Shown here piece after piece: positions 39,189 to 48,922 of a stretch of DNA of 64,000 nt (its first letter is position 1; every line of letters starts with the position of its first letter). This DNA comes from Desulfosoma sp. (GTDB lineage: Bacteria > Desulfobacterota > Syntrophobacteria > Syntrophobacterales > DSM-9756). Made by a program: the position numbers and the translations under genes. The notes beneath the pieces were generated by a model that saw only the letters and a program-made list of their open reading frames with translations, did no database searches and was not told the origin of the DNA. The stretch is taken from assembly GCA_037481835.1 (NCBI GenBank), contig JBBFKW010000003.1:128001-192000 (forward strand), given 5' to 3'.

Positions 39189-40655
39189 TCAAGAAATCAC
39201 GCGCCCGGCGATGGCGCTTCCCAAAAGATCCGGGTGGGCGCTTTCGGCGTCCACGTCCAGGACGATCCGGCCGTTGTAAAAGACGAGGACGCGGTCCGCG
39301 GTCATGAGAATCTCGTCCAATTCGGCGGAACTGAAGACGATGGTCGCGCCATCGTCGGCGAGACGGAGCAGGTGTTCCCACACCCAATAGGTGGATTCCA
39401 CGTCCAGCCCCCGCGTGGGCTGTTCGAGGAGCAACACGGACGCTTCGGGCGGGATGAGGGAAAGAAGGAGCCGCTGCTGGTTTCCGCCCGAAAGGGCGTC
39501 GGCTGCGGACTCGGGACGGCCTCGAATCCGAAACCGTTCCACCCGTTCCTCGGCCGTGCGGCGTGCAGTGACCCACGGGACGCAGAGCTTCGGGGCGCAC
39601 GCCGCCAGGGCGAAATGGTCCGTAAGGGTCAGCCCGGCGATAAGCCCTTCTTCCAGGCGTCCTTCCGGCACGAAGGCCACACCGCGGCGCCGGAAGGCGT
39701 GATAATCCCATCCGGTGAGGTCCTTTCCGAAAAGGTGGATGGATCCTTCAAGAGGCGGCTGCAACCCGGCGGCCAGGCGCAGGAACACTCCCTGGCCACT
39801 TCCTTCCAGCCCGGCGAGCCCCACGACTTCGCCTCGATGAAACGCCGCCGTGGCGTCCCGAAGCCCGGCCCGGCCGCCGAGCCCGCTCACACGGCGCAGT
39901 TCCAGCGTTTTTTCGGAAAAGGTGCGGCGCCTTTTTTCCAGAGGGGCGGGGGGAGTCCCGAACATGAGGGCCAACATGTCCTGGGCGTTGAAAGGCGCTT
40001 CCAGGGAACCCGTCACGGCCCCGTGGCGGAGCACGGTCACCCGGGAGCAGAGATTTTCCACGTCCTCCAGCTTGTGGGAAACGAGAAGAACCGTTTTCCC
40101 TTCATGGGCGAGCCGCCTCAGGGCGCGGAACAGGAGCTCTTTTTGCTCCGGGGAGATCCCCGTGGTGGGTTCGTCCAAGATGAGCAGGCGCGATCCCACG
40201 GACAGGAGCCGAAGGAGTTCCAGCTGCTGGCGTTCCCCGAGGGTGAGGGTTTCCAGGGGGGCTTTGGGGTCGAGGGAAAAGCCGAAATCGCGACACATCC
40301 CTTTTAGGGTATCCGCCCAGTACCGAACGCCCCTTTTGGGACGGGCCGGGCGGCCCACCATGAAATTTTCGAGGACCGTAAGCGGAGGAAAATCCAAGGG
40401 GTCCTGGTAAAGCATCCCGATGCCCAAGCGGGAGGCTTCCGCCGGGTTGGAAAACGTCACGGGGCGGCCGTCCAGGAGGATTTGGCCGTCTGAGGCGGGG
40501 ACGGCTCCGGCGAGAATCTTCATGAGGGTGCTTTTGCCGGCGCCGTTTTCGCCGAGGATGCCGTGGATGGTCCCGCCTTGGACGCGAAGATCGATGCCTC
40601 GGTTGGCATGAACCGAACCGTAGAACTTATGGATGTTTCGAAGTTCGATGTCCAT
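39189..40655 (-). CDS. Nucleoside/sugar ABC transporter ATPase (two NBDs)
   Basis: GENGAGKS, LDEPT, LSGGNQQR. Confidence 0.93.
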   Translation of the reverse strand: MDIELRNIHKFYGSVHANRGIDLRVQGGTIHGILGENGAGKSTLMKILAGAVPASDGQILLDGRPVTFSNPAEASRLGIGMLYQDPLDFPPLTVLENFMVGRPARPKRGVRYWADTLKGMCRDFGFSLDPKAPLETLTLGERQQLELLRLLSVGSRLLILDEPTTGISPEQKELLFRALRRLAHEGKTVLLVSHKLEDVENLCSRVTVLRHGAVTGSLEAPFNAQDMLALMFGTPPAPLEKRRRTFSEKTLELRRVSGLGGRAGLRDATAAFHRGEVVGLAGLEGSGQGVFLRLAAGLQPPLEGSIHLFGKDLTGWDYHAFRRRGVAFVPEGRLEEGLIAGLTLTDHFALAACAPKLCVPWVTARRTAEERVERFRIRGRPESAADALSGGNQQRLLLSLIPPEASVLLLEQPTRGLDVESTYWVWEHLLRLADDGATIVFSSAELDEILMTADRVLVFYNGRIVLDVDAESAHPDLLGSAIAGRVIS

Positions 40656-40736
40656 TGCGTCACTTGGGAACACAAGAGGCGGTCCACCGGTGTCCCGGCG
40701 CACCGCCTCCCGGTTCCGCCCGTTTTTCCCCGTGGG

Positions 40737-41936
40737 TTACTTGGCGCTGCTTTGGCCTTCCATGCCCTGGAGGAGTTGCTTCATGGTCCAGATGTCCCGA
40801 TCCGACGCTGTGGATCCCGCCGGCACGAAAACCGACCCGTCCTGGTAATGAAGGGGCCCGGCGAAAAGGTTCGTCGCGCCGGAGGCCAAATCCGAGACGA
40901 ACCGGTCCAGAGCCGAGCTGACCTCGGGGGTGAGGGCCTTGCCCTTGACGAAGCCGATGGAACTGGTTTCCTCGTTGTTGATGTCTTTCCAGTCAGGTCC
41001 GAGCCACAACCATTGGGGTTTCCAGGATCCCGACATGGCCGCCTGGAGCAGGTGCCCGTACCCCGGCGCCCAGTTGTAATAGGGCACGCCGAGGCAGACG
41101 TCCGGGGCGGCGTCGCAGGCGCCCTTGTAGTCGTAGGGAACGGCCCAGACTTGCCGACCTTCGGTGCGTTTCTGGGCCGCCACGGTGAGGGCCTCCGTCG
41201 TGTCGATTCCGGAAATGACGACGTCGTAGTCGCTGTTGAAGAAGTTTTGAGTCACCTGGGTGGGGTCGGCGGTCACCCCGGGGATGTTAAACCAAAAGCC
41301 GATCCAGGTGACCTTGAAGGCCAGCTTCTCTGCCGGTTCCTTGCGCACCTGGGTCCAGGCGTATCGGGCGCCGAGATAGGTGGAGGCGGCGAGACGGCGG
41401 GTTTCTTCGTTGATGAGCGGGCCGAGGTAGCCGATCTTTCCCGTTTTGGTCGTGAGGGCCGCAACGAAGCCGGCCATCATCTTGCCGTATTCCATGCGGC
41501 CCATGAGGTTGGACAGGTTGGGCGTGCCTTTGCCCGTCAGGACGTCGTCCCCGGAAACATGGACGAAATAGACGTCCGGGTGCTGGGCGGCCGCTTCCCG
41601 GATGCCGTCCTTCATGTCGTCGGAATTGGCGATGATGAGCTTGGCTCCCTTGGACACCAGGTCGTCCACAACCTGGGGAATGGTGACGCCGGGCCGGTCC
41701 GCGGGGTTGACCTTGTCGATGTAGAGCATCTTGACGCCCGGGATTTTCTTTTCCAGGGAGAGAGCCGCATCGTAGTGGGCCTGGCTCCACCCCTTGTCAT
41801 TGTAGGGTCCGACCAAGAGCAGCCCGAAAAGGAAGGGCTTTTCCTCCGCCCGAAGCGCCGTCCCAAGCCCCAGGGCCAAAAGCAGGCACAGGGCCGTCGT
41901 CACCAGAAAGGTCGCTCCCCGCCGTTTCCTCGTCAT
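40737..41936 (-). CDS. BMP-family ABC substrate-binding protein
   Basis: Signal peptide; GPYNDKGWSQAH; TKTGKIGY. Confidence 0.9.
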   Translation of the reverse strand: MTRKRRGATFLVTTALCLLLALGLGTALRAEEKPFLFGLLLVGPYNDKGWSQAHYDAALSLEKKIPGVKMLYIDKVNPADRPGVTIPQVVDDLVSKGAKLIIANSDDMKDGIREAAAQHPDVYFVHVSGDDVLTGKGTPNLSNLMGRMEYGKMMAGFVAALTTKTGKIGYLGPLINEETRRLAASTYLGARYAWTQVRKEPAEKLAFKVTWIGFWFNIPGVTADPTQVTQNFFNSDYDVVISGIDTTEALTVAAQKRTEGRQVWAVPYDYKGACDAAPDVCLGVPYYNWAPGYGHLLQAAMSGSWKPQWLWLGPDWKDINNEETSSIGFVKGKALTPEVSSALDRFVSDLASGATNLFAGPLHYQDGSVFVPAGSTASDRDIWTMKQLLQGMEGQSSAK

Positions 41937-42084
41937 GGCCTCCTCCTTGGTTCATTTACCGTCGGCCTCCCCGTTTTTGATCCCTCGTTCAAGCCCGATT
42001 CCGGGTGCGCCGATCATAAAGAAAAGGAGGGCCGATTGCAATGAGACGGGACGCAAAAAAACCGGGCCCATCCGCCGGCAAGGC

Positions 42085-42112
42085 TTGACACGGCGCCGTC
42101 CGGCCTTATAAT
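42085..42112 (+). promoter_or_regulatory. Sigma70 promoter with consensus hexamers
   Basis: TTGACA-16nt-TATAAT. Confidence 0.75.
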
Positions 42113-42179
42113 GCCGACGAAACATCTTGTGCCCCAAAAGGCATTTTATTTCGCCCGACGCGGGAAGGAGGTACCCCTT

Positions 42180-42470
42180 ATGCCCATCTACGAATACGAA
42201 TGCACCCAGTGCGGTCAAATCACCGAAGCCATGCAACGCTTTTCCGACGCGCCCCTGACCGAATGCTCCCATTGCCACGGGCCTCTGCGCAAGATGATTT
42301 CCATGAGCACGTTCCACCTCAAAGGCTCCGGCTGGTACGTGACCGACTACGCCGGAAGAAAACAGAACGCCAACACCCACTCCACGAAGAGTTCCGAAAC
42401 CGGAAGCGGATCCGATAGCAAAGCGTCTTCGTCCTCCTCCTCCGGTTCTTCCTCATCGTCCGACGATTAA
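42180..42470 (+). CDS. FmdB-family zinc-ribbon protein
   Basis: MPIYEYECTQCG...CSHC...KGSGWYVTDY; Ser-rich tail; GGAGG RBS. Confidence 0.92.
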   Translation: MPIYEYECTQCGQITEAMQRFSDAPLTECSHCHGPLRKMISMSTFHLKGSGWYVTDYAGRKQNANTHSTKSSETGSGSDSKASSSSSSGSSSSSDD

Positions 42471-42477
42471 AGACAGG

Positions 42478-42501
42478 CGGGCGGACCGCACGGTCCGCCC
42501 G
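42478..42501. terminator. GC-rich hairpin between convergent genes
   Basis: CGGGCGGACCG-CA-CGGTCCGCCCG; no clear U-tract. Confidence 0.45.
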
Positions 42502-42621
42502 AAACGTCCCCGCCCGGGACCGGGCGGTTGTAAGGGCGCCGTAGGGCTCCGGGCGCCGCACCTCGAACCCCCGCCCCTGATCGGGTTCGGGGATCGAGAA
42601 TACGGCGCCACACCGGGGGGA

Positions 42622-43563
42622 TCAGTCGTCCAACCCCAGGGCCGCCCGGGTCGCCGGCCCCACGATCCCGTCCACCTTGAGGGATCCCGCCGCCTTCTGA
42701 AAGGCTTTGACGGCCCGATACGTTTCCGGGCCGAACACGCCGTCCACCGTGATTGCATGCCCCGCTCGAACGAGAGCCTCCTGCAACCGGCGCACATCGT
42801 CCCCGCGAAGAGCCGGGGTTTCCAGGCGAAGGAGGCGCGCCGCGCCGGGTTCTTCCGCCGAGACCCGCACCGGAGCGTCCAGCAAGACGGAGGCGTCAAT
42901 GCGCACGCCCCGCACCGTAAACGGCAGTTCCAGCCCCCACTTGTTCTCGTCCATGAGGCTTCGGAAACTTTCCATGCGGTAGACCGTTTTTTGTAAGAGC
43001 GTGTTGGGATGACCGGCGAGCCATTGCCGTCGGCGCTGCACATAACCGTCGATCCAAACCTTTTCCCCGACCTGGGCGGGCGGCCCCAACTGCGCCGTGG
43101 TGAGATCCCGCAGACGCTGCCATGAGCCGTGCACGCGGCTGTCGTAGACCACGGAAACGCCCAGGGCCGTCCCAATCCCGATGTTTCGGGCCGAAGAGAG
43201 GCTGGGTTCCCAATAGACCCGATCGAAAAACCGGTCCTGGCAATCCCGCATGACCGGATCCTGCCCCGCGTCGCGAAGGAGCCCCTTGAGGCGCTCGTCG
43301 AAGTTGAGGGCCGAATCCCTCTTGGCCAGCCGGTCCAGGTAGGGGGCGAGCTGCGGGCCGAAGACGCCGTCCGGGGCGGCACAGTAGTCCCGGATGAGAA
43401 GATAGAGATTGCCGCCGGCCAGAGTGGTCTGGGACCGACCGTAGGTCAGTTCCCCGGGGTCATTCGGGTGATAGGTCACTTTGCCGTAGTCGCCCTGGGG
43501 ACGACCCGTTTCAAACACATTGACGATGGCCTGGGCGGCTCTTTTTTGAAGATCGCTCAACAT
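42622..43563 (-). CDS. Lysozyme-fold (GH46/chitosanase-like) hydrolase with C-terminal peptidoglycan-binding domain
   Basis: NVFETG, ND.GELTYGRSQ, YDSRVHG; PG_binding_1-like GDDVRRLQEAL...DGVFGPET...FQ...DGIVGPAT. Confidence 0.85.
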   Translation of the reverse strand: MLSDLQKRAAQAIVNVFETGRPQGDYGKVTYHPNDPGELTYGRSQTTLAGGNLYLLIRDYCAAPDGVFGPQLAPYLDRLAKRDSALNFDERLKGLLRDAGQDPVMRDCQDRFFDRVYWEPSLSSARNIGIGTALGVSVVYDSRVHGSWQRLRDLTTAQLGPPAQVGEKVWIDGYVQRRRQWLAGHPNTLLQKTVYRMESFRSLMDENKWGLELPFTVRGVRIDASVLLDAPVRVSAEEPGAARLLRLETPALRGDDVRRLQEALVRAGHAITVDGVFGPETYRAVKAFQKAAGSLKVDGIVGPATRAALGLDD

Positions 43564-43764
43564 GGGCGCCTCCTTGAATTTTGGGCCACATCACCGCTGG
43601 CGGGTTCCACCCCCGCCGAGGGATGGGGGGGAAAGAGCGGGCGGCGGCCGCGCTTGGGGTAGGTGAAGAGAAACTTTAGACCATATAAGCCATGATCTTG
43701 CCGAAGAGTGCAAGAAATTAAGACGGGCGTGAAGGCGGCGAACATAAGGCGGGTCTTTTTCTGT

Positions 43765-43795
43765 GTTGGGGTTCGCTGCGCTCACCCCAACCTAC
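43765..43795. repeat. Solo GTAG-type REP
   Basis: GTTGGGGTTCGCTGCGCTCACCCCAACCTAC. Confidence 0.9.
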
Positions 43796-43965
43796 ATCGT
43801 GCTCCATGGGGCTGAATACTTTGGAAAACCCGCCTGCGTTTCGGCATGACCCAGGGGGACGCGGGGCAAGGAGGTTTTTCCCGGGATCGGGGGGGGGTCT
43901 TGCCCGCTTCCGAAAGGTCCCGGATGGCCGAAAAGCCCCGGCATGGAAAAACCCCATGAGCCGGC

Positions 43966-43995
43966 TTGACAAGGCCCCGCCCAAGAGGCTATAAA
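43966..43995 (+). promoter_or_regulatory. Sigma70-like promoter for tRNA-Ala
   Basis: TTGACA-18nt-TATAAA. Confidence 0.6.
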
Positions 43996-44012
43996 CCCGT
44001 TGCTTCCACTCC

Positions 44013-44088
44013 GGGGATGTAGCTCAGTTGGGAGAGCGCAGCCTTCGCAAGGCTGAGGCCACGGGTTCGAATCCCGTCATCTCCACCA
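44013..44088 (+). tRNA. tRNA-Ala(CGC)
   Basis: Acceptor GGGGATG/CATCTCC with G3:U70, anticodon loop TT-CGC-AA, TTCGAAT, CCA. Confidence 0.97.
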
Positions 44089-44101
44089 CGGCGCCACCTT
44101 C

Positions 44102-44136
44102 AGGCCGTTCGCCCTCAGCGGACGGCCTTTGCTTTT
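44102..44136 (+). terminator. Intrinsic terminator after tRNA-Ala
   Basis: AGGCCGTTCGC-loop-GCGGACGGCCT then TTGCTTTT. Confidence 0.7.
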
Positions 44137-44251
44137 GTGGGAAAAGCGGTGCGAGCCGGTCGTCGCCCAATCCCATGCGATTTTCTTTTGTTTCCCTACC
44201 GCAAGATCTGTATGATTCCCACAAGTTCACTTCTGCCAAAGGAGTTCGGGC

Positions 44252-44563
44252 ATGACGTCACGAGTGATTACGGCAACGCAGGCGCGCACACGTTTCGGCG
44301 AGTGCATTCGCCGAGCGACGATGGAAGGGGAAACGATCATCGTGGAAAGAGACGGCAAACCGGCGGTCGTTATTGTCTCTTTCGAAGAATACCAAAGACT
44401 TCATCCGATTTCGGAAAAATTTCCTCTGGATGATTTTGAGCCCATTTTCAAGGTCAACTCTCGAATAAACGCGCGGAGAGAAGGCCGGCCTCTGACGGAT
44501 CCTGTGGAGCAGCTTCGTTTCATGAGAGAAGAGCGCGATGCCCATTTAAACAGCATGTGTTGA
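44252..44563 (+). CDS. Phd/YefM-family antitoxin
   Basis: ITATQARTRFGECIRRA...IIVERDGKPAVVIVSFEEY. Confidence 0.88.
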   Translation: MTSRVITATQARTRFGECIRRATMEGETIIVERDGKPAVVIVSFEEYQRLHPISEKFPLDDFEPIFKVNSRINARREGRPLTDPVEQLRFMREERDAHLNSMC

Positions 44564-44829
44564 TGCGAGCTTCGTCATTTGAGCTTCTCTTCAACGAGGC
44601 CGCAGAGCTTTTGGAATTCGCATTCCGGCTGAATATCAAGCTTTACGGAGGCGCAAATCTTCATCGAAGGGCGATGAATATTGCCCGTCGCTTTAGTCTT
44701 CCCGCAACATACGATGCGCACTATGCCGCGCTGGCCGAAAAGCTCAACGCGCCCTTGTGGACGGCGGATAAGCGCCTGGCCTATGCCCTGGACGGCTTCA
44801 TTGAGATCCAAGTGATTTCGTCAGCGTGA
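44538..44829 (+). pseudogene. vapC: Disrupted VapC/PIN-domain toxin
   Basis: ATG CCC ATT TAA, then ACVDASFVI TGA in one frame; the C-terminal half (YDAHYAALA...WTADKRL) is in another frame; the middle segment appears to be missing. Confidence 0.82.
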
Positions 44830-47490
44830 CGGGGCGCAGAGGGCCGCGAGGAGATAGAAAAGGGCGGCGGCGGCGAAAAGAGCCGAAAACCCCCACGTCA
44901 CGGCGGCCAAAGCGGCAAGAAGGGCGCTCAGGACCGATGCGCACCCGTTGATCGCCCATGCCCACGGCACAAGCTCGGGCCTTCGGCCGGATAGGGCCCG
45001 AAGCCCCAGCGGAAACGGCATGCCCATCCAAAAGGCCGCGGGAGCGGCACAGAGGACGGCGCCCGCCCAGCGCACCGCATCGGGGAAGCTCAGCAGCCGA
45101 GACACCGCCCAGGACCATCCCCAGCCGTAGGCGAGCCCCGCCAGGCCCGCACAGACGGCCGTCACGGAAAGAACGTTTCGGCATGGAAGAAAGCGCACCC
45201 TTTCCATGCGATGCGCCCACCGTGGAGCGGCGAGGCTCCCCAGACCCGCCCAAAGCAAGAAGGACGCCACCGTTCCTGCAAAACCGTAAACGGGATGCCC
45301 CAGGAGCAGCACGTTTTTCTGGATCGCCGCCGTTTCCACGAAAAGAAAGGCCAGGCCCAGGCCCCCGAAATAAGCCGCGGTTTTCCAGGCCGGAATGGCC
45401 TCCCCTTGGAGACGGCGCCTTCGAAGGATGCCCAAAGGGGCGAGGATGAGCAGCACGGCCGCCGCCAGGGCCTGAACCAGGGTCGCCGCAAGAACCGGCA
45501 CACCCCACTGGATGAGCGGGATGCCTCGGCCGTGCCGCTCGGCGTGCAAGGTTCGAAAGGTCGCATACTTGAAAAACTGAAACGCATAGGGCCGATCGTC
45601 CGTGGCCGGGTCGATGCGAAAGGGATAATTTTTGGAAAACCGCAGCACCCTTTCGTCCAAGGAGCCGCCTTCCATGGGATTCGTTTCCCGAAGAGGCCGC
45701 GCGCCGGATGGCCCCTTGTCCTGCGTCGGTTCCAGGCGTGCCCCATCGCCCCAATCCGAATGGAATTCTTCAAGAGGGGGGCCCAAAAGGGCCGAGAGCG
45801 CCTCGTGGAGCGACCCGGAGGGGCTCTTGTGGAACCGTTCCGCTTCGTCCGCCGCCATCCCGGGAAGATAGGCCAGGTCGAAGGAGCGTTCCCGGCAAAA
45901 CCGGCGGATGTCGTCCCGTTCCCCTTGGGTGAAAACGCCGTTTTTCACGAGGAGAAGGGCCGTGTTCCAATGACGGATCACGGCGATCCGCCCTCGGACA
46001 TCGGCGACACCGCGCCGTTTCAAAGCTTCGGCGGCGGTGAGGACGAAACGCAGGGTCGCCTGGGGAGGCACGGACAGGGCATGGACCAAGGCGAGGATCC
46101 CTCCGGGAGCCAGCCGGTCCAGGGACCGTTGGAAGGCTTCCACCGTGGCGTCGTAGACTTCCAGGAGGCTCACGCCGCCCGTTCCGGAAAAGCTCAGAGC
46201 CCCGACGGCGCTTAGCTGAATGACGTGAAAGGTTTGTGTCGTCGTCTCCAGGAAGCGGCGCGGGTCCATGATATGGACGATCATGCCGGAGGATCCCCCA
46301 TCCCCGTCCCCGTCCCGGCCGAAGGCCCGCACGAGATCCGCCGCGTCCCGGTTCCTTTCCACCACGTGGATCGCCGTCATCCCTTCGCGCTCGGCCACGG
46401 CCGCATCCAGCCCGCCCCCCAGGCCCAGGATGAGACATCGCCGGTCCCCGGACGGGCCTTTGTTCCCCGATGCCAGCCGATAGGGGAGGGCGCCCATGAG
46501 GCAGTCCAGGAAAGCCGTATGGCCGGGGTTTGGGCTCCGGGGAAGGACGGGAGCCGGCCCATCGCCGTCCGTGAAAAGGCCGAGCTGGGCTGGAACCGGC
46601 GCCGGGCAGGAAAGGCTCAAACCCGGGGCGCCTCGAAAGGGCACTCGGGGGTTTTCCGCCAAAACGAGCCATCCCATGGGGCCGGAACGCTCGGCGAGAA
46701 GGCGAACCCCGGGAATTTTCAAAGCATGGGCGAGCCCTTTGTATTCGAAGGGTTTGGGCGCAAGGGCCCCGTGGGGCACAAGGGCCTGCATGACGAGGAT
46801 AACCGCCGCTCCAAGGACGCCGAAAAAAACACAGCCGCCGTGTCTTCCACCCGCCCGGCCTTTATCCTCCGGGATGGCGCCGGTCCCGCGCACCGGGCGG
46901 ACGGGCCGGAAGGCGGGATCTTGGGGTTTTCTGTGCCGAAGAACCGCCATCCAGCACACCGCGGCCGAAAGAGCCCCTGCGGCGGAAAGGAACCGAAGGG
47001 ACGTCCCCGGTTTCAAAACATGGAGGAGTCCCACGGCCAGAGCCGCACCCGCCGCGGCGCCGCAGAGATCCGCCACGTAAAGGCGGGGGATCCTTTCGGG
47101 GAAGGAGCGAAAAGCGAGCCCCACCGCCGTTCCCGCCAGGAAGAAGGGGATACTGAGGATGAGATACACCTGGGAAAGCCGAAGGGTCTGGCGCCCGTCC
47201 CAGAGGATTTCCAAGGGATTGAAGGGGACATCCCGAACGAGGGCGGGGGCGAGGAGCACGGCGCACGAAAAGAGGACAGCCAGGGCGGCGAAGCTCGCCG
47301 CCGGGCGGCGCATGAGAACTCCCTGGGTCAGGGTGAGGGCCGTTCCGCCGGCGCCGTAACCCAGAAGGGCAAGGCTCAGGATCATGAAGGCGAAATGGTG
47401 GTCGTGAGCGATATGGAGGATGCGGACGAGAAGGACTTCAAAGCCCAGGGCGGCACAGGACAGGGTGAAGACGGCCGCGGGCGGAATCAC
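44821..47490 (-). CDS. Polytopic membrane protein with a central spermidine-synthase/SAM-methyltransferase-like domain
   Basis: N- and C-terminal TM bundles flanking LILGLGGGLD...VERN...DPRRFL; ATDDRPY. Confidence 0.82.
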   Translation of the reverse strand: MIPPAAVFTLSCAALGFEVLLVRILHIAHDHHFAFMILSLALLGYGAGGTALTLTQGVLMRRPAASFAALAVLFSCAVLLAPALVRDVPFNPLEILWDGRQTLRLSQVYLILSIPFFLAGTAVGLAFRSFPERIPRLYVADLCGAAAGAALAVGLLHVLKPGTSLRFLSAAGALSAAVCWMAVLRHRKPQDPAFRPVRPVRGTGAIPEDKGRAGGRHGGCVFFGVLGAAVILVMQALVPHGALAPKPFEYKGLAHALKIPGVRLLAERSGPMGWLVLAENPRVPFRGAPGLSLSCPAPVPAQLGLFTDGDGPAPVLPRSPNPGHTAFLDCLMGALPYRLASGNKGPSGDRRCLILGLGGGLDAAVAEREGMTAIHVVERNRDAADLVRAFGRDGDGDGGSSGMIVHIMDPRRFLETTTQTFHVIQLSAVGALSFSGTGGVSLLEVYDATVEAFQRSLDRLAPGGILALVHALSVPPQATLRFVLTAAEALKRRGVADVRGRIAVIRHWNTALLLVKNGVFTQGERDDIRRFCRERSFDLAYLPGMAADEAERFHKSPSGSLHEALSALLGPPLEEFHSDWGDGARLEPTQDKGPSGARPLRETNPMEGGSLDERVLRFSKNYPFRIDPATDDRPYAFQFFKYATFRTLHAERHGRGIPLIQWGVPVLAATLVQALAAAVLLILAPLGILRRRRLQGEAIPAWKTAAYFGGLGLAFLFVETAAIQKNVLLLGHPVYGFAGTVASFLLWAGLGSLAAPRWAHRMERVRFLPCRNVLSVTAVCAGLAGLAYGWGWSWAVSRLLSFPDAVRWAGAVLCAAPAAFWMGMPFPLGLRALSGRRPELVPWAWAINGCASVLSALLAALAAVTWGFSALFAAAALFYLLAALCAPSR

Positions 47491-48280
47491 GGCGTTCCCC
47501 GGCCGGTCGTGAGCGGCACGAAGGCCACGGGAAGGATTTGGCGCGTCGTGAGGGTGCCGTCCCGGGCTTTTTGCACCACGGTAAGATACTGGGTCAGGAA
47601 AGGCGGCCCCACGGGAAGGACCAAGGTCCCGCCGGGTTTGAGCTGCCGCACCAGGGGAGGCGGGATGTGGGGCGCCGCCGCCGTGACCATGATGGCATCG
47701 AAGGGGGCGTGTTCGTCCCAGCCGAAATAGCCGTCTCCGATCTTGACGTGAACGTTTCCATAGCCCAGTTCTTGGAGGCGCGCTTGGGCGCTTCGGCCGA
47801 GTTCCGGGATGATTTCCACGGTGAAGACGTCTCGGGCGATTTCGGCGAGAACCGCCGCCTGATAGCCGGAACCCGTCCCGATTTCCAAGACTGTGGCGTT
47901 TTCCGGTAGGTCGAGAAGTTCCGTCATGAGGGCGACGATGAAAGGCTGGGAGATGGTCTGGCCGTACCCGATGGGAAGGGGCCGGTTTTCGTAGGCGGCA
48001 TCCACGAGCTTTTCCGGGACGAACCGATGCCTCGGCACCCGCCGAAGCGCTTCAAGAACCGGGGGGAAAGAACTTTGCGGCCCGTTTCGGCCGCCGTCGC
48101 CGCCATGTCCTCCATGACCTCGCGGACCATGGCTTCCCGCCTCGCGTGGAAGGGGTCTTCGGAGCGGGCCGTTCCCAGGAGGTGCCCAAAAACGGTGAAG
48201 GCCCAAAGGAGACCGGCGGCCGTGATTCCTGTCCGAAAAGGCTTGGAAGGCCCCGGCTTTTGTGCAGGGGTGCATTCCAT
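47487..48280 (-). pseudogene. pcm: Protein-L-isoaspartate O-methyltransferase, frameshifted at a C6 run (genuine or a sequencing error)
   Basis: N-terminus (signal peptide, RREAMV) in ORF 47924..48364; catalytic part (VPRHRFV, QTISQP, LEIGTGSGYQ) in ORF 47487..48275; switch at 48061-48066. Confidence 0.85.
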
Positions 48281-48608
48281 GGACGCGCTCCGCAAAAGGC
48301 TTAATTTTTCGGCACGGCCCGGATCCCCAAGCGAGAGGAGGCGGTTTTCGCGCCCGCTCGCCACGGGGCGCTCCGGCGTGAGATCCCCGTTTCCTTAGAG
48401 CCTAAAAGGCGCGCATCGTCTTGTAAAGCCCAAGGTCGAACGACGGGAGGGAAATGAGGTTTTTCGCCGCGCGCAGGCATGGAGCGCCATCGCCAAGCGT
48501 CGCGCGTCAAGGTGGCGGGCCGAAGCGCGGAAGCGGGAGGTAAGCGGTTTGAAAAGACGTGGGAACCGAAATCCTTCGGTTGATAAGGTGCCCTTGGGCT
48601 TTTCTTAT

Positions 48609-48639
48609 GTTGGGGTTCGCTCCGCTCACCCCAACCTAC
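48609..48639. repeat. Solo GTAG-type REP
   Basis: GTTGGGGTTCGCTCCGCTCACCCCAACCTAC. Confidence 0.9.
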
Positions 48640-48922
48640 GCGTTGGTGAGCCATTTGGCCCAGGCGTTGGGTGAAGAAGTTGTGTGCGTCAAGTTGTGCA
48701 CATTCGTGATCAGGCAATCGGGTGATTTTCTTTCGCTGTTCGTGGCGCTTGGACTCCGTTGCGCGGCGCCGACGGCACGAGTTTTACGCTTGATCTCCTC
48801 GTTCGGCCTCGGAGATGTGCCCGCCCTCTTGGCAATCCAGGCCGCTAGGTCGTGCTGGTCGTCGATCCAACTCATTTGTTTCAAACAAACTCTGGGGCTG
48901 TGGAGGGACGGGAATCCCCGTG

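Noticed and set aside
44557..44829. Intact 90-aa VapC toxin
   Set aside because: It lacks the first catalytic Asp motif, which lies in another frame; treated as a pseudogene
44089..48900. Integrative element or prophage at tRNA-Ala
   Set aside because: No integrase, no duplicated tRNA 3' end spotted by eye, and no phage genes
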